64,000 bases of DNA, from assembly GCA_044229975.1 (NCBI GenBank), contig JBGARZ010000006.1, forward strand, positions 64,001 through 128,000, read 5' to 3'. This DNA is from Polyangiales bacterium (GTDB taxonomy: Bacteria; Myxococcota_A; Polyangia; Polyangiales; Ga0077539). Numbering within the stretch: position 1 is the first letter of the stretch; each line of letters opens with the position of its first letter. The notes under the pieces were generated by a model. It made no database searches and was not told where the DNA came from. It saw only the letters and a program-made list of their open reading frames with translations. This document shows, piece by piece, positions 53,585 through 63,233 of the stretch. A program made the translations under genes and the position numbers.

Positions 53585-54346
53585 ATGCTCGACGTCACGC
53601 TGGTCCCGTGCCTCTCGGACAACTACGCGTACGTGCTGCGGTGCCCGACCACCGGGGCGTGCGCGGTCGTCGACCCGTCGGAGGGAGAGCCCGTGCTCGC
53701 GGCCCTCAAGGCGATGGGCGTGACGCCCGTGATGGTGCTCAACACGCACCACCACTACGACCACGTCGGCGGCAACGAGGCGCTCATCGCAGCGTTTCCG
53801 GGCTTGCAGGTAGTCGCGCATGCGAGCGACGAGGGGAGGGTTCCGGGGCAGACGCGCTCGGTGGGCGACGGCGACGCGGTGACGCTCGGCACGACGGCGC
53901 TGCGGGTGCTGCACGTCCCGGGGCACACGCTGGGCGCGGTGACCTACGCGAGCGACGACGCGGCCTTCACGGGCGACACGCTCTTCCTCGGCGGGTGCGG
54001 TCGGGTCTTCGAGGGCGACGCCGCGATGATGTACGCGTCGCTCCGGCGCATCGCCGAGACGCTCGACCCGGCGACGAGGATCTTCTGCGGCCACGAGTAC
54101 ACCGCGCGCAATCTCCGCTTCGCGCTCACGCTCGAACCCCACAACCGCGCCCTCCTCGACGCCGTCGCCGACGCCGACCGGCTCCGCGCGGACGGACAAC
54201 CCACCGTGCCGAAGACCCTGCGCGACGAGCGGCAGGTCAATCCCTTCCTGCGCTGCGACGACGCCTCGGTGGAAGCCGCGGTCGGCGTCAACGGCGACCC
54301 CGTGGCGGTGTTTGCCGCCCTGCGCGAACGTCGCAACAACTGGTAG
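53585..54346 (+). CDS. gloB: Hydroxyacylglutathione hydrolase (glyoxalase II)
   Basis: DNYAY, THHHYDHVGG, PGHT, FTGDTLF.GGCGR, CGHEYT, NPFLR. Confidence 0.95.
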   Translation: MLDVTLVPCLSDNYAYVLRCPTTGACAVVDPSEGEPVLAALKAMGVTPVMVLNTHHHYDHVGGNEALIAAFPGLQVVAHASDEGRVPGQTRSVGDGDAVTLGTTALRVLHVPGHTLGAVTYASDDAAFTGDTLFLGGCGRVFEGDAAMMYASLRRIAETLDPATRIFCGHEYTARNLRFALTLEPHNRALLDAVADADRLRADGQPTVPKTLRDERQVNPFLRCDDASVEAAVGVNGDPVAVFAALRERRNNW

Positions 54347-54356
54347 AAGGTCCGTC

Positions 54357-55217
54357 GTGCCGCCCCGCACCCGAACGCTCCACCCGAACACCCAGGCGCT
54401 GCTCGACCGGCTGCGCGGGTCGCTGGCTGCGTCGGAGGTTCCGACACCCGTGGTGACGACGGTGGTGACGCCCGCGGTGACGCCGGAGCCCTTCCAGCTC
54501 ACGCCGTTCGTCCCGAAGCCTTACAAGCCCAAGTATTCACCGAAGCCGGTGCAGTCGACGCAGGGGGTCTTCGCCTTCGCGGCGCCGCCTCCTCCGGCAC
54601 TGAAGGCTCCTGCGTCCGCGAAGGTCACTGCACCACCCAGGAAGGCAACTGCGGTCGCCGCGGCGCCTGACCTCTCGGACATCATCGTGCTCGACACGGA
54701 GACCACCGGCATCGGCACGTACGCTCGCCTCGTCGAGGTCGCCGCGGTGCATGTGAAGAACGGCGTGGAGGTGCGGCGGTTTCAGTCGCTGGTGAACCCC
54801 GAGATGCACATCCCGGCGATGGTGGTGCGGGTGCACGGCATCACCGACGCGATGGTGGCCAACAGCCCGACGGCGGGGCCGGTGCTGGCGGCGTTGGCGA
54901 AGTTCGTCGCGGGGCACACGCTGGTCGCGCACAACGCGGGCTTCGACTTCGGCATCCTGAGCCGCGAGTTTGCGCGGGTGAAGCAGCCGACGCCGGGGTG
55001 CGGGATGTACTGCTCGGTGCGGCTCGCGCGGGTGGTCTTCCCCGAGGCGCCGCGGCACGGGCTCGGGGCGCTCACGAGCTTCCTCAAGCTGAGCCACCAG
55101 CCGGCCCACCGCGCGGTGGCCGACGTGCTCACCACCATCGAGATGCTCAACGTCGCCGCGGCGCGGAAGAAGTCGCACCAGGCCGTGCGGCTCGTCGGGC
55201 GACGCTACGAGCTCTAG
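54357..55217 (+). CDS. DEDDh 3'-5' exonuclease (DnaQ-like) with Pro/Ala-rich N-terminus
   Basis: LDTETTG, VHGITD, VAHNAGFD, HRAVAD; start uncertain. Confidence 0.88.
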   Translation: MPPRTRTLHPNTQALLDRLRGSLAASEVPTPVVTTVVTPAVTPEPFQLTPFVPKPYKPKYSPKPVQSTQGVFAFAAPPPPALKAPASAKVTAPPRKATAVAAAPDLSDIIVLDTETTGIGTYARLVEVAAVHVKNGVEVRRFQSLVNPEMHIPAMVVRVHGITDAMVANSPTAGPVLAALAKFVAGHTLVAHNAGFDFGILSREFARVKQPTPGCGMYCSVRLARVVFPEAPRHGLGALTSFLKLSHQPAHRAVADVLTTIEMLNVAAARKKSHQAVRLVGRRYEL

Positions 55218-55244
55218 ACCGAGACACCGGAGAACATCACTGCC

Positions 55245-55907
55245 ATGGTCGATCTGAAGCGAGAGGGGGACGTCTTCGTCCTCCGCATGAACAACGGCGA
55301 AAACCGCTTCAACCCGGAGTTCATCGGCGCGATGAACGCCGCGCTCGACGAGGTCGAGGCGAGCGCGCTGCCGTCGGCGCTGGTGACCGTCGGCGAAGGG
55401 AAGTTCTACTCCAACGGGCTCGACCTCGCGTGGATGGGCACCGACGGCGTCGACGCCATCGCCTTCGTCCGCACCGTGCACAAGCTGCTCGGCCGCGTGC
55501 TCGGGTTTCCGCGGCCCACGGTCGCCGCGCTCAACGGGCACGCCTTCGCGGGCGGGGCGATGCTCGCGCTCGCGCACGACTTCACCGTGATGCGCTCCGA
55601 CCGCGGGTACTTCTGCCTGCCCGAAGCCGACCTCGGGATTCCGTTCACGGCGCCGATGACCGCGCTCATCGCCGGGCGCATCCCGCAGCCCGCGCTCCAC
55701 GAGGCGTGCACGACGGGTCGACGCTACGGCGCGGCCGACGCGCTCAAGGCGGGCATCGTGACGGCCGTCGCCGACGAGGCGGAGGTGCTCTCGACGGCGA
55801 TCGCGAAGGCCACTGCGCTGGCGGGCAAGGACGCTGGGACGATGCGGGCGATCAAGCGGGGCTTGTACGCGCCGGCGCTGGCGCTGCTCGAAGGCGACGG
55901 GGGATAG
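55245..55907 (+). CDS. Enoyl-CoA hydratase/isomerase family (delta-isomerase-like)
   Basis: KFYSNGLDL, NGHAFAGG.MLALAHD, FCLPEADLG. Confidence 0.9.
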   Translation: MVDLKREGDVFVLRMNNGENRFNPEFIGAMNAALDEVEASALPSALVTVGEGKFYSNGLDLAWMGTDGVDAIAFVRTVHKLLGRVLGFPRPTVAALNGHAFAGGAMLALAHDFTVMRSDRGYFCLPEADLGIPFTAPMTALIAGRIPQPALHEACTTGRRYGAADALKAGIVTAVADEAEVLSTAIAKATALAGKDAGTMRAIKRGLYAPALALLEGDGG

Positions 55908-55936
55908 GACGGAGGGAGAGACGGGCCGCCGACGGA

Positions 55937-56305
55937 TCAGTCGTCGAGGGTGAGCGTCGTGTTCGCGGCGACGGTCTGGTTGCGCATCTGGAAGAGCTCG
56001 TGGTGCGAGCAGTCTTCGGCCTTGAAGTCCCAGTTGCCGACCGTCATCTCGTAGTGGTCGGTCTCGCCCGGGGAGAGGGTGCGGCTGCCGAGGAGGTCGG
56101 GGCCCCAGTGCGTGTCGCTCACCGGCGAGATGTAGAGGTAACAGATCTCCGACGACGAGGCGTTGCGCACGTCGAGCTGCACCATCGTCGCCTCGCCGCC
56201 GCTGGAGGCCGACGCCCCCGACGCGGTCGTCGACGCCGGAGTGCTCGCCGCACAACCCGTCACCATCGCAGCCGCCACCAGCATCACCGACACGATCTTC
56301 TTCAT
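55937..56305 (-). CDS. Small lipoprotein
   Basis: Lipobox VTGC; YLYISP...WGPDLLG motif. Confidence 0.75.
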   Translation of the reverse strand: MKKIVSVMLVAAAMVTGCAASTPASTTASGASASSGGEATMVQLDVRNASSSEICYLYISPVSDTHWGPDLLGSRTLSPGETDHYEMTVGNWDFKAEDCSHHELFQMRNQTVAANTTLTLDD

Positions 56306-56545
56306 TGGACATCTCCCGCGCGAGGCGTTGATCGAAGCACCACGGCACCGCTCGTATGCCGTGGCGCGGAGCGATTACCACAGCCACCCGAGCGGACCAA
56401 CGGCCTTCGCGCCTGCGACGAAACACGGCGGCGTGTCTGCGTCGCCACGCTGCACCCACCGGGTTTCTCGCGAATCCACGAGCGCCCCTCGTTGGCCTCG
56501 CGGATGCACTATCGTCGGTCGTTCTCTTGGACGGGAGTGAACGCG

Positions 56546-56935
56546 ATGAACCTTTCAATGAAGTCCCTGGGGTCCCTGGTTGCGGCGGTGGTGCTCTGTG
56601 CTTCGACCGCCTGGTCCGACGGCATCAGCGTGGTGCGCGGGCAGTTCACCGACCACGTCGTCGGCGGCCGGCCGCAGGGTGACGCCGCCGCGGCCGCTAC
56701 CGTGCGCGACGTCGTGTACTGGATGGAGGTCAACAACAGCGGCGAGCCCGCGCAGGTGACCATCGTGTGGAAGGTCAACGGGCGCGAGGTGCGGCGCCAG
56801 CTGCTCGACGTCGGGCGCGCGCCGCGGTGGCGGACGTGGGGGACGTTCCGCCGCAACGGGGCGACGGCGGTGGAGGTCACCGTGCTCGACGCGGCGGGCA
56901 CCTCGCTGCACACCGCCACCTGGACGGCGCCGTGA
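56546..56935 (+). CDS. Secreted DUF2914-like beta-sandwich protein
   Basis: Signal peptide; YWMEV...VW...RWRTW...VEV.D..G. Confidence 0.6.
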   Translation: MNLSMKSLGSLVAAVVLCASTAWSDGISVVRGQFTDHVVGGRPQGDAAAAATVRDVVYWMEVNNSGEPAQVTIVWKVNGREVRRQLLDVGRAPRWRTWGTFRRNGATAVEVTVLDAAGTSLHTATWTAP

Positions 56936-56974
56936 CGTGACCCCGGGCGCCGAGTCGCGGTATCGCTATCGGCG

Positions 56975-58384
56975 ATGCCTGCCCCACTCCGCGCCTGCGT
57001 CTTCGGACGCTACTTCACCTTCGGCTCCATCAAGGAGGTGATGAACAAGGCCAACGAACTCCGCTCCGGCGACGTTCAGGCGGGCCTCGGCGCCGAGAGC
57101 GACCGCGAGCGCGTCGCGGCCAAGCGGGTTCTCTCGCAGCTCACCCTCGACGACCTCTTCGAGGCACCCAGCGTCCCCTACGAGATCGACGAGATCACCC
57201 GGCTCTGCCAGGACGCCTGCGACGCCTCTGCGCGTCGACGCCTCAAGGGAAAGTCCCTCGCCGAAGTGCGCGAGTGGCTGCTCGACACCCGCACCACGGG
57301 CGAAGACATCCTCGCGGTGTCGCCCGGCCTCACCCCCGAGATGGTCGCCGGCGTCGCGAAGCTCATGTCCAACATGGACCTCGTCGTCGCCGCCCGAAAG
57401 ATCCGCGTGGTGGTGCGGTGCAACAACACCCTCGGGCTGCCGGGGCGCATCTCGTCGCGGCTCCAGCCCAACCACCCGCGCGACTCCGTGGAGGGCATCC
57501 TCGCGGTAATCCTCGACGGGCTCAGCTACGGCAACGGCGATGCCGTCGTGGGCATCAACCCGTCCACCGAGACGGTCGAGTCGACGGCGGAGATTCTCAC
57601 GCGCACCCACGCGCTGCTCTCGCGCCTCGCGGTGCCCACGCAGAACTGCGTGCTCTCGCACATCACCATCCAGATGCAGGCGATGCAGAAGGGCGCGCCG
57701 CTCGACCTGTGCTTCCAGTCCATCGCGGGCTCCGAAGGGGCCAACAAGAACTTCGGCGTGAGCGTCGCGCTGCTCGACGAGGCCATGGCGATGACCCGCG
57801 CGCTGGGCACGGCCAAGGGGCCCAACGTGATGTACTTCGAGACGGGTCAGGGCACCGCGCTCTCCGCCGACGCGCACCACGGAACCGACCAGCTCACCAT
57901 GGAGGCCCGCGCCTACGGACTCGCGCGGCGGTACGAGCCCTTCCTGGTGAACAGCGTCGTGGGCTTCATCGGGCCGGAGTACCTATACGACGGGAAACAG
58001 ATCACCCGCGCGGGCCTCGAAGACCACTTCATGGGCAAGCTCAGCGGCATCTCGATGGGCTGCGACGCCTGCTACACCAACCACGCCGAGTGCGATCAAA
58101 ACGACGTGGAGAACCTCGAGATGCTCCTCGCCGCCGCGGGCGTGAACTACCTCATGGGCATCCCCGCCGGCGACGACGTGATGCTCAACTACGAGACCAC
58201 GTCGTTCCATGACAACGCGGCGCTGAGGGAGATTCACGGGCTGCGCCCGGCGCCGGAGTTCGAGACGTGGATGGAGCGCGTGGGGCTCTGGCGCGAAGGT
58301 CGGATGACCGAGAAGGCGGGCGACGCGTCGCAGTTTCTCCGCAAGGACGAGGTGCGCGAGGTGGTCTTCGGGCGCGGTCGCTGA
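56975..58384 (+). CDS. eutB: Ethanolamine ammonia-lyase large subunit
   Basis: KANELRSGD, RLQPNHP, GDAVVGINP, MYFETGQG, VVGFIGPEYL, GLEDHF.GKL, CYTNH. Confidence 0.97.
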   Translation: MPAPLRACVFGRYFTFGSIKEVMNKANELRSGDVQAGLGAESDRERVAAKRVLSQLTLDDLFEAPSVPYEIDEITRLCQDACDASARRRLKGKSLAEVREWLLDTRTTGEDILAVSPGLTPEMVAGVAKLMSNMDLVVAARKIRVVVRCNNTLGLPGRISSRLQPNHPRDSVEGILAVILDGLSYGNGDAVVGINPSTETVESTAEILTRTHALLSRLAVPTQNCVLSHITIQMQAMQKGAPLDLCFQSIAGSEGANKNFGVSVALLDEAMAMTRALGTAKGPNVMYFETGQGTALSADAHHGTDQLTMEARAYGLARRYEPFLVNSVVGFIGPEYLYDGKQITRAGLEDHFMGKLSGISMGCDACYTNHAECDQNDVENLEMLLAAAGVNYLMGIPAGDDVMLNYETTSFHDNAALREIHGLRPAPEFETWMERVGLWREGRMTEKAGDASQFLRKDEVREVVFGRGR

Positions 58385-58391
58385 GCGATGC

Positions 58392-58880
58392 TCAGGGCTC
58401 CGGCGCGAGCGTGATCACCTGCGGCGCCGACGCGTGCCCGCGGTAGTGCACCACCACCCGGTAGCGCCCCGGGCGCGCGGGCAGAGCGAAGTGCGCCGCG
58501 AGGTCGGGGTGCAGGTACGTCGTCGCGAGCTGCGGCCCCAGCGGCGGAGGCGACGGGCTCGCGGGCTGCTCGTCGTCGCCCGCGGGCGGCGCCTCGTTGT
58601 CGACGATGGGCTCGACGGGCTCGCGCTGCGAACGGTGCGTCGACTCGTCGGTCACCGTCGCCGTCACGCGCTCGGGCGTCGGTCGCGCGGGAACCTCCAA
58701 CTGGATGGTCACCGCGACAGGCACCCGCAGGGCAGAGCCCGCGCGGAAGAACGCCGTCGTGGGCGCGGCGACGAGGATGCCCTGCCAGTCGGCGGAGGGC
58801 GGGTGCGGCGAGAGCGCGGAGGGGCCGCGGCGGTCGATGACGATCTGCGCGAACGCCGGCGGGTCGTACCTCATCGTCAC
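58392..58880 (-). CDS. Hypothetical protein, candidate immunity/partner of the upstream HExxH protein
   Basis: Starts 3 nt after the stop of 58884-60608; no recognised family. Confidence 0.55.
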   Translation of the reverse strand: MTMRYDPPAFAQIVIDRRGPSALSPHPPSADWQGILVAAPTTAFFRAGSALRVPVAVTIQLEVPARPTPERVTATVTDESTHRSQREPVEPIVDNEAPPAGDDEQPASPSPPPLGPQLATTYLHPDLAAHFALPARPGRYRVVVHYRGHASAPQVITLAPEP

Positions 58881-58883
58881 CCT

Positions 58884-60608
58884 TCAGAACCGGCTGAACC
58901 CGGCGGAGAGGTCCATCTTGCGCATCGCGGGCGTGCAGTTTTCGCAGTAGTTGGGCAGGCGACCGGCGTTGCTCTCACCGAAGAGCACGCAGTCGCCGGG
59001 CTGGCCGCGGAAGTGGTCCATCAGCGGGAGGTTGTGGTGGCAGTGCGGGCCCATGTGGTCGCGCTCGGTGTAGTGCGTCGACACCTTGTCGGGCTGCGTC
59101 CCGGTGCCGTCGGCCACCATGTTGAACTGGTGCCCGAACTCGTGCGTGAGCGTCTGCACCATCTCGGCGTGGGCGCGGCCCTCCCAGGTGATGGACGTCG
59201 CGATGCAGATGACGTTGCCCGCGCCGAGTGACACGCCGTTGAAGGAAGCCCCGACCCAGTTGACCGTTAGCTGCACCCGGCCGCGGCCCGCCGGGAGCGA
59301 CGCGACGTCGACGTCGACCCAGAAGAAGCGGTTCGCGTTGCCCGACGTCGGGACGGGCGTGCAGCTCGCTTTGGGGATGTTCACGGGCGCGCCGCCGCCC
59401 GTCGGGATGAACTGCGCCGACACGAACCAGTCACGCGCGTCGAGGCCGATCCAGAGCGGGCGACGGCGGCCGCCTGCATCGGTCATGGTCAGCCGCCCGG
59501 ACGCGACGCCGGGGCCGACGGTGGTCTCCGCCGAGGTCACCACCTGCGAGGCCGCCATGGAGGCGAGCATGTTGATCCAGACGAGGGCGATGGCGTAGGG
59601 CTCCTTCGCGGGGCCCTGCGACGCGAGGTAGGCGGCGCGGGCGTTGGCCTTGAGTGTGTTGAGGTCGCTGTCCCCCGAGTCGAGGTCGATGTTCGCCATG
59701 AAGGGCATCGACCGGACGTCGAGCGCGACCATCTCGATGCCGACGCGCTCGTACTCGCCGGTCATCCCCGCGACGCTGGCCGGGATGTTGGTCACCGTCG
59801 CCATCTTGAGCGTCGGGTAGAAGATCATCTTCTTGCTGGTGAGACCCGCCGAGCGCGCGACGTTGCCGTCGTCGTCGGTACCCATCGCGGTCACCACGTT
59901 GGTGCCCGCGGCGGTGACGAAGAAGTCGTCCGTGGGGATGATCTTCGTGCCGTCGCCCGCGGTGGTGTAGTCGCTCTCGACCTTCTGCCAGAGGTAGTTG
60001 GCGTTGCGGCCTTCTTCGGCCCCCGTGTAGACGACGTTGTGGGGCCCGGGCTGCAACTTGAGCTTGAAGTGGTGCGCGCCCGGGCGGTCGAAGTGCACCT
60101 TGATACGCGGCTTGCGCGCGAGCCGATCGATGCTGGTGACCTTGTCGCCGTCGACCCACTTCGCGTCGCGCGGGAGGTTGACCCACTGCGTGGCGCTGCC
60201 GACCTCGACGTCGTCGGCGCCGTCGAGCCACGCCACCGAGATGATGCGGGGCCGCGTCTCCACCGGGACCCCCGGGATGCCCGGCTCCTCGGGTTCCACG
60301 GGCGCACCCGGCAGGGCGCCGAAGTCCATGGCGGCGCCGCGCCGGAGGTCGAGGGTGCCTTCGCGCAAGGCCCACTCCACGCGCGCGACGAGGCTCTGCA
60401 TCGCCGCCGGGTCGAGCACGTCGGGGCGCTCGCCGGTGAGGGCCTCGTACGCCTCGACGATGAGCTCGCGCTGCTGCGGGTCGTCGCTCCACCCGCGAAT
60501 CGCGGCGCCGAAATCGTCCAGCCCGATGCCGGGTGAGACGAGGCGCTCGGGATCTCCCTGGAGGAAGTGATCCCCGCCGTCCCTCGATAGATGCCAGCGA
60601 CGCTCCAC
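58884..60608 (-). CDS. Putative Zn-metallopeptidase effector (HExxH + Cys4 tail)
   Basis: HEFGHQFNM...GPHC...CVLFG...YCENC..AMRKMDLS; homologous to 31117-33303; no signal peptide. Confidence 0.7.
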   Translation of the reverse strand: MERRWHLSRDGGDHFLQGDPERLVSPGIGLDDFGAAIRGWSDDPQQRELIVEAYEALTGERPDVLDPAAMQSLVARVEWALREGTLDLRRGAAMDFGALPGAPVEPEEPGIPGVPVETRPRIISVAWLDGADDVEVGSATQWVNLPRDAKWVDGDKVTSIDRLARKPRIKVHFDRPGAHHFKLKLQPGPHNVVYTGAEEGRNANYLWQKVESDYTTAGDGTKIIPTDDFFVTAAGTNVVTAMGTDDDGNVARSAGLTSKKMIFYPTLKMATVTNIPASVAGMTGEYERVGIEMVALDVRSMPFMANIDLDSGDSDLNTLKANARAAYLASQGPAKEPYAIALVWINMLASMAASQVVTSAETTVGPGVASGRLTMTDAGGRRRPLWIGLDARDWFVSAQFIPTGGGAPVNIPKASCTPVPTSGNANRFFWVDVDVASLPAGRGRVQLTVNWVGASFNGVSLGAGNVICIATSITWEGRAHAEMVQTLTHEFGHQFNMVADGTGTQPDKVSTHYTERDHMGPHCHHNLPLMDHFRGQPGDCVLFGESNAGRLPNYCENCTPAMRKMDLSAGFSRF

Positions 60609-60642
60609 GGCCCCGCGAGGCTCGCGCGCAGCACCACCGCCG

Positions 60643-61719
60643 TCAAGGACGCGCGCGACGTCGCACCATCATCACCCGGTTGGTGCTGAGCTCGCGGGTC
60701 ACCACCTCGAAGCCCATGGACGCATACAGCCGCTCGGCCGTATGCGTGTGCAGCCACACCTCCCGCGCGTTGCGCACCGCCGGGTGGTCGAGCAGCAGCG
60801 TCATCAGCGCCCGACCCACACCCCGGCCGCGGTGCTCGGGGGCGACCACGACGTCGTAGATCCACGCGCGCTTCACGCGGTCGCTCACGGCCCGCGCCGT
60901 GCCCACGGTCGCGCCCTGCGCGTCGCGCGCGCCCACCCACGCGGTCGCGTTGCGCTGCGCCGCCCGCGCGTCGTCGTGGGTCATCCCTTGGTAGAACTCC
61001 ACGTCCATCAGCATCGTGGCGACGGCGTGTTCGTCGCGTGCGTCGAGCCTCGCGTGCAGCGTGAACCCGCTGCGGTCGCGCAGCACCTCCGGGACCTCGA
61101 CGCCGACGTTGGCCTCGCGGATCGCCTCGATGGCGAGGTCGTCACCGGGGTCACCGCGTCGCCAGAGCTGATCGAGGACGCGGGCGCGCTCGGCGGGGGT
61201 GCGGTTTTGCGTGAGCTTCGCCTTGCCGTCGATGCGGGTGGGCCGCACCCGAAACACCCCGATGCTCTGCACGGCCTTCGTGTACATCGGGTGCTCTGGG
61301 TCGATGGGCTTGTAGCGCCCCTCGGGCTGAAACCGCTGCATCAGCGCTTCGAGGACGGCGGCCTTGGCGTGGGGCTCGTCGACGCGTTCGAGGACGCCGT
61401 GCACCTGGGCCGAGCGGTAGAGCGTGGTGGCGGGGCACGCGAGCTCGGGGTCGAGAAACCAGCTCGGGATGGAGGCGACGGTCTCGTCGGCGGAGAGCAC
61501 GGCGGTGCGCCCGACGGTGAGCGCCTTCTCGCCGACCGTAGCGCCGTGAAACGCGAGCGCGCCGTCGACCCAGACTCCATGGACGGCGCGGAGCACGGGC
61601 TCGCCGTCGGGCCGGGTGGTGGCCATGCGGACGACGCCCGCGCGCACGATGAGGCGGACGGCGTCGGCGTCGGAGGTGCGGAAGTAGGCGGCCTTGCGCA
61701 TCGGTCGGGCGGTGTCCAT
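60643..61719 (-). CDS. Fusion of pyridoxamine 5'-phosphate oxidase-like FMN-binding domain and GNAT acetyltransferase
   Basis: LAFHG, ATTLYRSAQVHG, GKAKLTQN; then IYDVVVAPEHRGRGVGRALM, LYASMGF. Confidence 0.88.
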   Translation of the reverse strand: MDTARPMRKAAYFRTSDADAVRLIVRAGVVRMATTRPDGEPVLRAVHGVWVDGALAFHGATVGEKALTVGRTAVLSADETVASIPSWFLDPELACPATTLYRSAQVHGVLERVDEPHAKAAVLEALMQRFQPEGRYKPIDPEHPMYTKAVQSIGVFRVRPTRIDGKAKLTQNRTPAERARVLDQLWRRGDPGDDLAIEAIREANVGVEVPEVLRDRSGFTLHARLDARDEHAVATMLMDVEFYQGMTHDDARAAQRNATAWVGARDAQGATVGTARAVSDRVKRAWIYDVVVAPEHRGRGVGRALMTLLLDHPAVRNAREVWLHTHTAERLYASMGFEVVTRELSTNRVMMVRRRARP

Positions 61720-61741
61720 GGGCCCGGACGATGGGGGACGG

Positions 61742-61786
61742 CCGGTCTGTTGAAACGTACCGGTCTGGAGAATCGGGATGGACCGG
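61742..61786. promoter_or_regulatory. Candidate operator: two direct CCGGTCTG boxes + one inverted box
   Basis: ccggtctg at 61742 and 61760, tggaccgg at 61779, in a divergent promoter region. Confidence 0.45.
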
Positions 61787-61877
61787 TTGTGGGGCGCGCG
61801 TGCATTCCCCCACGGTCGTGCTTACCTCGGGCCGGCGGCCGTCCGTGCTGCGGGGCCGCAGGAGGCGTTCGTCCACC

Positions 61878-62438
61878 ATGCAGACCGATCCCAACGACCA
61901 CGTCGCGACGCTCAAGCACACCTTCGCGAGCTTCACCCGCTCGGAAAACCTCATTCCCCTGCTCGTCGACGCGCTCATCGTCACCACCGTCGGCGCCTGT
62001 ACCTTCGGCATCCTCCTGCCGCCGCTCATGCTCGGGTACTCCGCCATGTGCCTGCGCGCCCTGCGCGGTCAGCCCATCAGCGTCGGCGACTCCTTCCAGG
62101 GGATGCAGCGCTTCGGCGCCTCGCTGATGCTCGGCCTGCTCATGCTCGTGGCCACGATGCTCGGCAGCCTCGCCCTCGGCGTCGGCGCCCTCATCGCGAG
62201 CTTCTGCCTGTCCTACGCGTTCGTCGTGCAGGCCGACCGCCCCGAGCTGGGCGCCTTCGACATCGCCACCGAGAGCTTCCGCCTCGTGCGCGAGCACCTC
62301 GTGGAGACGGCCGTGCTCTGGGCCGTCGGCCTCGCGCTCGGCGCCGTGCTCAGCGCCACCGTCGTCGGCGGCATCGCCGTCTTCGCCTACTGCACCCTGC
62401 TCACCGCCGTCCTCTACCAGCGCTTCACCGGGCGCTGA
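61878..62438 (+). CDS. Integral membrane hypothetical protein
   Basis: Four to five hydrophobic helices; GGAGG upstream. Confidence 0.7.
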   Translation: MQTDPNDHVATLKHTFASFTRSENLIPLLVDALIVTTVGACTFGILLPPLMLGYSAMCLRALRGQPISVGDSFQGMQRFGASLMLGLLMLVATMLGSLALGVGALIASFCLSYAFVVQADRPELGAFDIATESFRLVREHLVETAVLWAVGLALGAVLSATVVGGIAVFAYCTLLTAVLYQRFTGR

Positions 62439-62562
62439 GAAGGTCGGCGCAGACCTGCTGCGCACCCGAATCCAGCGGTCGGGCGCGCTCGAAATACCCC
62501 GCGTATGTCTCGCGCGCCCTCCCTCGTCTTCGGGCGCTCGCGACGGTCTGCGCCGACCTTCT
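62438..62562. repeat. 125-bp MITE-like palindrome with perfect 18-bp terminal inverted repeats
   Basis: agaaggtcggcgcagacc / ggtctgcgccgaccttct plus nested stems. Confidence 0.75.
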
Positions 62563-62605
62563 TCTCCCTCCGCCGACGCCCCGTCGGTGATAGACCTCTC
62601 GGCCC

Positions 62606-63226
62606 ATGAAGGTCCTCGTCATCGGCGCCACCGGGCTCACCGGCAAGCTCCTCGTCCAGCAGCTCCTCCTCAAGGGCGATGACGTCACCGCCTTCGCCCG
62701 CAAGCCCGCCGACGTCACGACCGCCCACGACCGCCTGCGCGTCGCGAAGGGCGACGCCCGCGACCTCGCCTCGCTCGAAGCCGCCGTCGCCGGTCAGGAC
62801 GCCGTGCTCGCCGCCTTCGGCCCGCGCTCGCTCTCCAAAGATGACCTCCAGGAGACCTTCGACCGCAACCTCATCGCCGCCATGAAGAAGAGCGGCGTGA
62901 AGCGCCTCGTCAACCTCTCCGCCTGGGGCGCGGGCGACAGCCGCCAGCACTCCAACCTCATCTTCAAGGTCGTCATGGGCACCATCCTCAAAAACGTCTT
63001 CGCCGACAAGGATCGCGGCGAGGCCCTCATCATCGCGAGCGACCTCGACTTCACCAACGTCCGCCCCGGTCAGCTCATCAACGACCCTGCGCGCGGCGGC
63101 GTGAAGGCGTCCCTCGACCCCGCCGGGCTCAAGCCCAAGATGACCCGCGCCGACCTCGCGACCTTCATGATCGAGCAGCTCACGAGCGACACCTGGGTGC
63201 GAAAGTCACCGCTCATCGGATACTGA
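62606..63226 (+). CDS. NAD(P)H-binding oxidoreductase (BVR-B/flavin reductase-like atypical SDR)
   Basis: VLVIGATGLTG, GQDAV, DFTNVRPG, RADLA. Confidence 0.9.
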   Translation: MKVLVIGATGLTGKLLVQQLLLKGDDVTAFARKPADVTTAHDRLRVAKGDARDLASLEAAVAGQDAVLAAFGPRSLSKDDLQETFDRNLIAAMKKSGVKRLVNLSAWGAGDSRQHSNLIFKVVMGTILKNVFADKDRGEALIIASDLDFTNVRPGQLINDPARGGVKASLDPAGLKPKMTRADLATFMIEQLTSDTWVRKSPLIGY

Positions 63227-63233
63227 CGGCGAC

